Source of the DNA: Malacoraja senta
Lineage: Eukaryota
Assembly (NCBI GenBank): GCA_038087875.1
Contig: CM075991.1
Location: 13,580,001-13,644,000, forward strand
Direction: 5' to 3'
Length of the DNA stretch: 64,000 bases
The notes below the pieces were generated by a model, which saw only the letters and a program-made list of their open reading frames with translations, ran no database searches and was not told where the DNA came from. Both the position numbers and the translations under genes were made by a program. Shown here one piece after another: positions 27,445 through 36,374 of the stretch. Numbering within the stretch: the first letter of the stretch is position 1; each line of letters begins with the position of its first letter.

Positions 27445-28281
27445 CTAGTTTAAAGTCTCCCCAGTAGCCTTTGCAGATCTCCCCGCCAGGATATCGGTCC
27501 CCCTCAGGTTCAAGTGCAACCCATCCTTTTTGTACAGGTTGAACCTTCCACAAAAGAAGTCCCAATGATCCAGAAATTTGAATCCCTGCCTTCTGCACCA
27601 GTCCTTCAGCCACGCATTTATCCTCCACCTCGCTCCATTCCTACTCTCACTGTCGCGTGGTACAGGCAGTAATCCCGAGATTGTTACCTTTGCTGTCCTT
27701 CTCTTTAACTCCCCTCCTAACTCCCTAAATTCTCCTTTCAGGACCTCTTCTCTTTTTTTACCTATGTCATTGGTACCTATATGTATCACGACCTCGGGCT
27801 CCTCTCCCTGCCCTTTCAGGATGTCTTGGACACGTTGAGACACATCACAGACCCTGGCACCAGGGAGGCAAACTACCATCCGGGTCTCCCGACTGCGTCC
27901 ACAGAATCGCCTGTCTGACCCCCTAACTATAGAGTCCCCTATTAATATTGCCCTCCTCTTCTTTTCCTTACCCTTCTGAGCAACAGGACCGGTCTCTATA
28001 CCGGAGGCCCGGCCGCTGTCGCTACCCCCAGGTAGGCTGTCCACCCCAACAGTGCTCAAACAGGAGTACTTATTGTCAAGGTGTACAGCCACCGGGGTAC
28101 TCTCTAGTCCCTGCCTGTGCCCCTTGCCTCTCCCAACCGTGATCCACTTGCCTGCCTCCTGTGGTGTTGAAGTGACCACATCCCTGTAACTCCTCTCAAT
28201 GACTTCCTCGCTCTCCCTGACCAGACGGAGGTCATCGAGCTGCTGCTCCAGGTTACTAATACGGTCCATTAGGAGCCCCAT
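27445..28281 (-). CDS. CR1 ORF1, SGNH/GDSL esterase-like (partial)
   Basis: AILIGDSIVRG, CLPGARV, IHIGTND, DGLHLN motifs; half of a CxxC motif (ICARC) lies just upstream. Confidence 0.9.
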   Translation of the reverse strand: MGLLMDRISNLEQQLDDLRLVRESEEVIERSYRDVVTSTPQEAGKWITVGRGKGHRQGLESTPVAVHLDNKYSCLSTVGVDSLPGGSDSGRASGIETGPVAQKGKEKKRRAILIGDSIVRGSDRRFCGRSRETRMVVCLPGARVCDVSQRVQDILKGQGEEPEVVIHIGTNDIGKKREEVLKGEFRELGGELKRRTAKVTISGLLPVPRDSESRNGARWRINAWLKDWCRRQGFKFLDHWDFFCGRFNLYKKDGLHLNLRGTDILAGRSAKATGETLN

Positions 28282-28305
28282 CTCGATACACCTGGCGCAG
28301 ATGGG

Positions 28306-28817
28306 GCCACAAGGGCCACATCTAACTCCCTCTTAAATATAGCCAATGAACTGGCCTCAACTACCTTCTGTGGCAGAGAATTCCACAGATTCACCACTTT
28401 CTGTGTGAAAAATGTTTTTCTCATCTCGGTCCTAAAAGACTTCCCCCTTATCCTTAAACTGTGACCCCTTGTTCTGGACTTCCCCAACATCGGGAACAAT
28501 CTTCCTGCATCTAGCCTGTCCAACCCCTTAAGAATTTTGTAAGTTTCTATAAGATCCCCCCTCAATCTTCTAAATTCTAGCGAGTACAAGCCGGTCTTTC
28601 TTCATATGAAAGTCCTGCCATCCCAGGAATAAGTCTGGTGAACCTTCTCTGTACTCTCTCTATGGCAAGCATGTCTTTCCTCAGATTAGGAGACCAAAAC
28701 TGTACACAATACTCCAGGTCTGGTCTCACCAAGGCCCTGTACAACTGCAGTAGAACCTCCCTGCTCCTATACTCAAATCCTTTTGCTATGAATGCTAACA
28801 TACCATTCGCTTTCTTC
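28306..28817 (-). mobile_element. CR1 3' fragment abutting the 5' end of the long CR1
   Basis: ORFs 28269-28589 and 28577-28828 carry CR1 C-terminal motifs. Confidence 0.85.
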
Positions 28818-29008
28818 ATTGATTTCAAGCATTATTTTTCTCCATCCACAGATGCCATCTGATTGTCCGATTATTTCTAACATTTTCTATTTTTATGTTG
28901 GATTTCCAGCACCCAAAGGATTTAGATGTTGTGATTGCTGTGGATTCATATTTACCAGTGTTGCCTGCTCTTCTCAGTACTCGCTGACTGTTGCCTTTTC
29001 TTCCCCAG

Positions 29009-29880
29009 ATGTATCCCATTATTTGGGCCTTTCTGGGCAGGAGATGGAGGAGGATCACTTGACTGGAGATACATTGTCAGTGGCTGCATCCTTCCAATAC
29101 ACCACTGAACTCAATGTTTCCAGTGGGAGAGATGGGACTGATGGATCAGTTCGGGGCGAATTATTCGGTAACAGTGAGCAAGACCTGACCATAATGGAAA
29201 GGACAGTGCAGGAGACAGATGGCCGAAGGGCAAGCTCTGAATCGAGCTACTCGGAGGAACACAGAGATCTGAATTTGAGTGGTCCAGCATTTAAAAGAAA
29301 AATCTTCCATGTTCATCATCAGTTACTCGAAGCTTTGGACAGTCTGTCCAGGAGCTGTCTGACCCTGTCAGAGAGTGTAGAGGAGTCTGCTTCCATACTG
29401 TGTGGTGTTCTGCCACAAGGCTTTGCTACTCTGCAAGCTACCATGGACAATGTGGCCAACACTTTAGATGCTGCAGTGAAGCCCTCTGTTCAAGAGTCTG
29501 TGGGCCCTGCAATAGCAACATTGATTGAGGCTCAGACTGGTGCCATTCAAGCTTTGACTTCCACTATTTCCTCTGGCTTAGAGAGGTTGGGGGGATGTAT
29601 TGATAGAGGTTTTAATCATGTAACAGTACTCCTACAGTCTGCCTTCCCACATGTGAGTGGGAATGTTGACTCCCAGACCTGTGGTTCTGCTGCATTGGGA
29701 GAGGCATATGCTGCTGCTTCTCGTAATGACAGAATAGCTGGCTCTTTGCCATGCCCTGAATTCCAGGCTCCACAGACCGCACAATTACTACAGTCTGCAG
29801 TTAGGCCCCCTCATGCTCCAACCCTTCGAGATCGGCGATCGAGTCTGCTGCACAAGCTGCAACCACTGGGGAATCCGTGA
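29009..29880 (+). CDS. Terminal exon 3 of the Myb/SANT-like gene (acidic linker + predicted coiled-coil region)
   Basis: Branch-like GCTGAC and acceptor CTTTTCTTCCCCAG; G(18853)+AT gives GAT in the frame of ORF 28792-29880; 872 nt open to TGA; spliced CDS is 1263 nt = 420 aa. Confidence 0.8.
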
Positions 29881-29953
29881 AGGTGTAGCAAGGAAAGCAC
29901 TTCAAAAGACCTGTAGGAAGGCACCTGAGTGCTAATGTGGGTTCCATGGTATC

Positions 29954-29959
29954 AATAAA
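29954..29959 (+). terminator. Putative polyadenylation signal AATAAA
   Basis: AATAAA 73 nt after the stop codon of exon 3. Confidence 0.5.
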
Positions 29960-29960
29960 G

Positions 29961-30276
29961 TGTAAAACCAGGGGGACTTATGATTGGCTCGGGGAGGGAA
30001 CAGTGGCGTGGTCATAAAGGATGGTGTTGGGCGCCTTTTCGGTGAGAACCGCAGCCTCAGACCGTGTCGCGAACCGCAGCCTCAGACCGTGTCGCCAATG
30101 GTGCCAGGTGATCTTGAACGAGATATCCTGCGGCATGCTGTGATGAGTTTGCCAGTGCATACGGGTTTACGTGAGTGCATGTAGAAACACCCTGGAGCGT
30201 GCTCTGCTGTGTTCTTGGGGTTTGTGAGTGTGTTTGGGGATATTCGGCGATACGTGAGTGTATGTGCCTTATACAT
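29961..30276 (+). mobile_element. Possible solo/partial LTR
   Basis: TGTAAAA...TTATACA ends, ATTGG and CATAAA promoter-like motifs, 25-bp tandem duplication at 30046-30095, CpG-rich; no TSD seen. Confidence 0.4.
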
Positions 30277-30320
30277 TACTGAGGGAATCATCTGAATCTA
30301 GTGATTTATCAAACACAACA

Positions 30321-30615
30321 CTCCCCTCTCTCCCCACTCCCCCCTCTCATCCCCTCCCCTCATCACCCCCTCCCCACCGCCCTCTCTCCCCTTTCTCTCT
30401 CCCCTTTCTCCCTTCTCTCTCCCCTTTCTCTCTCCCCTTTCTCTCTCCACCCTCTGCTTCCTCCCTCGCCCATCTCTCTCCCCATCTCTTTCCTCCCCCT
30501 CTTTCCTCCCCCCTCTCTTGCATCCCCTCTCACATTTCCTCCTCTCTCCCTCCCCTGTTGCTCTCCTCCCCACCCTCTCTCCCGTCTATCTGTCTCCGCC
30601 ATCTCTCCCCTCTCT
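30321..30615. repeat. Polypyrimidine (CT-rich) low-complexity tract
   Basis: About 300 bp almost entirely C/T. Confidence 0.9.
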
Positions 30616-30906
30616 TGGTTTTTAATAAATTATTAAACAAATTCAAGCCTTGTGTTGATAGGCATAAAAAGGCATGTATTTCCACCGAAATATGGTTAAA
30701 AATGTTAATACAAAGATGAAGTGTGTATGTGCGGGGCTTTTCCAGAGTGTGCGCATGTGCGGGGTCTCGGGCCGGCGAGGCCTGCAGAATCCGCGATATT
30801 TTCCAGACGCTTTGAAGTTATGTACTACAGAAATGAGTTGCTTAAAGCTTAAATAAAGTTTAAGTAAATTACGAGTAGTGTAAAAGTTTCATTTTTCTCA
30901 CAAAAT

Positions 30907-31655
30907 TCATGAATGGAGGATTGAATAACTATATGCAGATAATTCAATCCTCCATTCATGAATGTTACTGTTTTTAATCTTCGTTCGTTTCCAATTATCC
31001 AGCATAAAACCTACTGAACACTGATCTGTTATCAAAGTGAAGTGCTGGCGAGCAAGGAAATGACTCGATTTTCTCACTGCTTCAATAATTGCTGGAGCTT
31101 CCTTTTCGATGGGTGGGTAGTGCAATTCACTACCTTGGAGAGTATGAGACATGAAAGCCACTGGTCGCCCTCCTTGATTTAATGTTGCTGATACTGCTAA
31201 ATCAGAGGCATCACATTCAACAACAAAGGGGAGATCCTCATCGATGGTGTGTAATGTCGCAGATTCTAATTGTTTCTTCAAAGAAGTAAAGGCACCAATT
31301 GCTGTGGAGTCAAGGGGGAAAGATTTTGCTCTAATCAAAGGTTGAATTTTGTCAGAAAAATTTGGTGTCCATTTAGCATAATATGCAAACATACCAAGAA
31401 CCCTTCGTCGAGAGTTTAATGTAGCTGGAACAGGTATCTCTTGGAGTGAGTGGAGTCTTTCTGGATCAGGCTTGATTATATAATTTCCAACCCAATAACC
31501 AAGAATATTAATTGATGACACTAATGTTATTGACAGCCTCATTTAATGTTAGAATTTTAGAATGTACAACTTCTAAAAACCATTGTACATTTTCGTCATG
31601 TTCAGCCTGGTCTTTTCCTGCAATAGTTATATTATCAAGATAAGGGAAAGTATCT
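30907..31655 (-). mobile_element. Gypsy/Ty3 pol fragment (RT end + RNase H)
   Basis: TFPYLDNITIAG near 31650; LGMFAYY, VECDASD, PVAFMS, EKEA.AI, LITDQ motifs in ORF 30907-31542. Confidence 0.88.
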
Positions 31656-32648
31656 GGAGTAACTCAGGGGGTGAGGCAGCATCTATGGAGCGAAGGAAAT
31701 AGGCAACGTTTCAGTTTGAAACCCTTCTTCAGACTGATGTGAGGGTGGGTGGGGGTGGGAGGAAAAAAGGAAGAGGTGGAGCCAGTGGGCTGAGAAGGAG
31801 AGGAGAAAGTAAGGACTACCTGAAATTAGAAAAGTCAATGTTCAAACTGCTGAGGTGCATATTGCCCAAGCGAAATATGAGATGCTGCTCCAATTTACGG
31901 TGGTCCTCACTCTGGCTATGGATGAGGCCCGGGACAGAAAGGTCGGATTCGGAATGGGAGGGGGAGTTGAAGTGCTGAGCCACCGGGAGATCAGGTTGGT
32001 TAATGCGAACTGAGCGGAGGTGTTGGGCGAAGCGATCGCCAAGCGTACGCTTGGTCTCACCGATGTAGAGCAGCTGACATCTAGAGCAGCAGATGCAATA
32101 GATGAGGTTGGAGGAGGTGCAGGTGAACCTCTGCCGCACCTGGAAAGACTGCTTGGGTCCTTGAATGGAGTCAAGACGGAGGTAAAGCGACAAGTGTAAC
32201 ATTTCTTGCGGTTGCAAGGGAGTGCCCGGAGAGGGTGATTCGGGTGTGGAGGGACAAATTGACCAGGGAGTTACGGAGGGAGTGGTCTCTGTGGAAAGCA
32301 GACGGCAGGAGATGGGAAGATATGGCAAGGTGGGATTACGTTGGAGGTGGCGAAAATGTCGGAGGGTTATTTGTTGTATGTGACGGCTGGTAGGGTGGAA
32401 GGTGAACACAAGGGGGACTCTGCCCTTGTTAAGATTGGGGGGATGGGGAGTGAGAGCAGAGTTACGGGGTATAGAGAGACCCTGGTGAGAGCCTCATCTA
32501 TGGTAGAAGAGGGGAACCCCTGTTCCCTGAAGAATGAGGACATCTCCGATGCCCTGGTGTGGAACACCTCATCCTGGGAGCAGATGCGTTGTAGATGGAG
32601 GAATTGGGAGTAGGGGATGGAGCAGAGTGGGAAGAAGTGTAGTCCAGC
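31655..32648 (-). mobile_element. PLE 3' portion (GIY-YIG) abutting the Gypsy fragment
   Basis: FTCTSSNLIYCI.CSRC.LLYIGETKR.LGDRFAQH...VAQHFN in ORF 31816-32409; pLTR at 31655-31735. Confidence 0.88.
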
Positions 32649-32661
32649 GATGTGGGTCGCT

Positions 32662-33370
32662 CCAAGTCACAAATTACTGCTGAATTTTCAGGATGGTTTA
32701 AAGAACTAGCTCTCATTACGTGGATGCACCTGCTTGTTGTGTACTTTCCCATAAAAAAAGGTTTTCCAAGTGAGAATCAAATCTTTTTCAATCTCAATTA
32801 GATAATGCCTCAATTTTTTGTACACAATAATTTATTTAAGCAATCCATCGTTTTACTTTTGTTGCATTTATCAAGTTTATGAAACTGTAGTACACTCTCT
32901 CCAAGGGCAAAGTACTTGAATGATTGCAGTCGCTTGGTTTCTCCCCAAGCCTGGGCTGCTCATCATTTAGAAAGCATTCTGTTTTCTCATTGAGGTCCAT
33001 GCGACTGATTTAATTTGGAACCACACCCTTTATCTTAGCCCATTTATTTACTCTGCTAACCTCCCTTTGTCGAGCAGAGGCATCTAGGAGTGTAGGTACA
33101 TAGTTCCTTGAAAGTAGCGGCACAGAGATAGGGTGTTGACTGTGGCTTTTGGCACATTGGCCTTCATCAGTCAAAGCATTGAGTGTAGAAGTTGGCATGT
33201 TATGTACAAGTAGTTGGTGAGACCACATTTAGAGTTCAGCTTTTTATAGTAAGGATGTCGTTAAGCTGGAAATAGTGCAGAGAAGATTTATGAGGATGTT
33301 GCCAGGACTTGAAACCTGAACTATATGGAGAGGTAGAGCAGGCTAGGACTTTATTCTTTAAAGCACAGTA
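32662..33370 (-). repeat. Inverted duplicate of intron-1 segment 16040-16755
   Basis: 32662 onward is the reverse complement of the sequence ending at 16755, colinear for ~710 bp with few differences. Confidence 0.9.
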
Positions 33371-33482
33371 TGGAATTTCAAGGAATAGCCGTGAGTCAAC
33401 TGCTCGCCCACCAGCCGTGAGTGAGCTGCCAGCACATCAGGCTTGAGTGACTGAGCTGTCACCCCAAGAATCCATTTGGCCC

Positions 33483-33835
33483 ACAGCGGAGGGTGATGGC
33501 TAGGCGCAGGCCTGGTTCCTGTGGCTTTCTCATATAGGTGTCTTTTTTTTCAGCAGAGGGCCCATGTTATTAAACAGGTCAGGGGGTATTCTTGTAACGT
33601 TTTTAAAAGCAGACAAATCCTCCTCATGCAGCACATTTATCAGGTTCTCATACTGTCCAAGCCTGAATCTTCTTTGCAAGAGGGGCTTCACCCACTGAGA
33701 CCTCTTGTGCTTCCTCTTCACCCTTGTTCTTGCCCATCTGCCTTTAGGCTGCAGAAGCAAAAGGCCTGCTGCAAACAGCAGGAGTTGTATTTTTACTGCC
33801 ATCGCGGATTAGGTGGCCCAAGTGGGACAGCCCCT
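33483..33835 (-). mobile_element. Harbinger/PIF DNA transposon remnant: one terminus + N-terminal transposase fragment
   Basis: WVKPLLQRR..LGQYENLI..L.EED...FKN.TRI.P..F, then after a frameshift in an A run KDTYMRKPQEPGLRLAITLR; terminus AGGGGCTGTCCCACTTGGG flanked by TAA. Confidence 0.75.
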
Positions 33836-33876
33836 TTAGTCAGCCACAGTCGCCTCATTCTTCCCTCAGAATCTTT

Positions 33877-35648
33877 AGAAAAAACATAGAAAACATAGAA
33901 AGTAGGTGCGAGAGTAGACCACCAGGCCCATCGAGCCCGCACCGCCATTCGCTCATGGCTGAACACTAAACAGACACCCTTACCCACAAACAGTAGACAC
34001 AAGACACAGAACACAAGACACTACCCTCCCCTTTATACCGCTATCACCCCTCTCCACCCCAAGAACCGCGTGATCTCCTGGGGGAGGCAAAAAACCGGAT
34101 AAAAACCCAGGTCCAATTCGGGAAAAAAATCTGGGAAATTCCTCTCCGACCCCAATCCAGGCGATCGACACTTGTCCAGGAGATCACTCAGGTCTTACTA
34201 TACTAACCATACCTAGGTCCATATCCCTGCCTTCTCCCCGTAGCCCCTTATCCCCTTGGCAGCTAAAAAACCATCTATTTTAGACTTAAATATATTTAAT
34301 GTTTCTGCTTCCACTGCTCCCTGGGGCAGTGAATTCCATAAATTAACCACCCTCTGGGTGAAGAAGTTCTTCCTCATCTCAGTTTTAAAAGAGCCCCCCC
34401 TTATTCTACAACTATGTCCCCTAGTTCTAGTTTCCCCGATCATTGGGAACATCCTCGGTGCATCCACCCGATCAAGGCCCCTCACGATCTTATATGTTTC
34501 AATGAGATCGCCTCTCATTCTTCTAAACTCCAAAGAGTAGAGTTCCAGCCTACTTAACCTTTCCTCATATGTCAATCCCCTCATTGCAGGAATTAATCTT
34601 GTAAACCTTCGCTGCACTGCCTCCAGGGCCAGTACATCCTTTCTTAAGTATGGACCCCAGAACTGTACACAGTATTCCAAATGTGGTCTCACTAATACTG
34701 TGTACAGCTGCAGCAAGACCTCCGTGTTTTTATACTCAATCCCCCTAGCAATAAAGGCCAAAACTCCATTGGCCTTCCTGATTGCTTGCTGCACCTGCAT
34801 ACTAACTTTTAGTGATTCATGTACTACTACCCCTAGATCCCTTTGCGTTGCATTACAACGCAGCTCCACCTCATTTAGAAAATAACTTGCCCTATCATTT
34901 TTTTTCCCAAAGTGAATGACTTCACATTTATTAGTATTAAATTTCATCTGCCAAGTTGTTGCCCACTCACCTAGCTTATCTATATCCTTTTGCAGACTCT
35001 TCCTATCCTCCTCATCCCCTACTTTTCCTCCCATTTTTGTATCGTCCGCAAATTTTGATATATTACACTTGGTTCCCTCCTCCAAATCATTTATATAAAT
35101 TGTGAACAACTGGGGTCCCAACACCGACCCTTGCGGAACCCCGCTAGTTACCGGTTGCCATCCCGAGTATGAACCATTTATCCCCACTCTCTGCTTCCTA
35201 TTTGTTAGCCAATCCTCTACCCATGCTAATATATTACCCCCAATCCCATAATTTTTTATTTTTAGCAATAGTCTCTTATGTGGCACCTTGTCAAAAGCCT
35301 TTTGGAAGTCCAAGTATACCACATCCACCGGTTCCCCTTTATCCACCCGGGTTGTTACTTCCTCAAAGAATTCGAGCAGATTCATCAAACAGGACTTCCC
35401 CTTCACAAAACCATGCTGGTTCTGTCCGATGAAGTCATGTTTATCCAAGTGCCTCGTTAGTGTTTCTTTAATAATTGTCTCTAACATTTTACCCACCACC
35501 GATGTTAGACTAACCGGTCTATAGTTACCCGCCTTCTGTTTACTTCCTTTTTTAAATATAGGTGTTACATTGGCCATTTTCCAATCCACTGGGACCGTTC
35601 CTGCCTCCAGGGAGTTTTGGAAAATTATCACCAATGCATCCACAATCC
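33877..35648 (-). mobile_element. Young CR1 with a distinct 3' UTR and open 476-aa RT fragment, inserted in an older CR1
   Basis: ORF 34213-35643; host sequence AGAATCTTT/CTTCCTC is uninterrupted in the paralog at ~43796-43810. Confidence 0.92.
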
Positions 35649-36374
35649 CCTTTCTTCCTCTTTGGGATGAAAAGATCCTGCAACTTCCAAATTATTCTCA
35701 GAAACTTCTGCCATTGCTGTTCCACAATCATTCTTGCTTGGATCACCTTGTACTCATCAATAGCCACCTCCTTACTTATGCCTCTACAGTTACCTTGACT
35801 CTACAGTAATGCCGTCACATCTGATTTCATCTTCTTCTCAAACTGCAGGTTGAATTTTTTTCATATTATGTCACAAATTCCGAGGGGTTCCTTTACCTTA
35901 AGCTCCATAATCAAATCCAGTTCTTGCACAACACCGAATCCAGAATTGCCTTTTCCCTGGCAGGCTCAACCACATAGGATAGGATTTACTCCCATTTGGA
36001 AGAAAATGGGCTAATTAGGGATAGCCAGCATGGCTTTGTACACGGCTGGTCATGTCTTATTAACTTGTTTGAGTTTCTGAGGATGTGATGACGGTGATCG
36101 ATGAGGGTAGGGTGGTGAATGATGTCTACATGGAATTTAGTAAGGCATGACGGGCTACTACAGATGATTAAGAAGCACAAGACTTCTTCGTATGGATTTA
36201 GAACTGGCTTACAGATGAAGACAGGGTTGTGGTGGAAGGACGATATTCAGGCTGGAGGTCTGGACAGTGGAATTCTGCAGGGATCTGCGCTGGGACTTCT
36301 ACTGTTTGTGATTTATATAAATGACTTGTGTGTGAATGTAGAGGGGTTGGTTAGTAAGTTTGAGATGGCACTGT

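Larger units (their letters stand above)
24228..28305 (-). mobile_element. Near-full-length young CR1 LINE (5'-truncated inside ORF1)
   Basis: ORF1 esterase, ORF2 EN/RT, 3' UTR and (CATAGATA/CATAGAAA) tail; a separate 3'-end fragment precedes it at 24104-24227. Confidence 0.95.

Noticed and set aside
24606..27448. Multiple + strand ORFs overlapping CR1 ORF2 (and similar antisense ORFs elsewhere)
   Set aside because: Antisense shadows of retroelement coding sequence.
28792..29008. N-terminal 72 aa of ORF 28792-29880
   Set aside because: It begins in antisense CR1 sequence and lies upstream of the phase-matched acceptor at 29008.
30258..30719. Pro/Leu/Ser- and Arg/Glu/Gly-rich ORFs
   Set aside because: Products of the CT-rich low-complexity tract.
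13141..33835. One giant intact Harbinger element spanning the Myb gene and the transposase
   Set aside because: No matching terminus seen upstream of the gene; the transposase is a short frameshifted fragment inserted in CR1 sequence.
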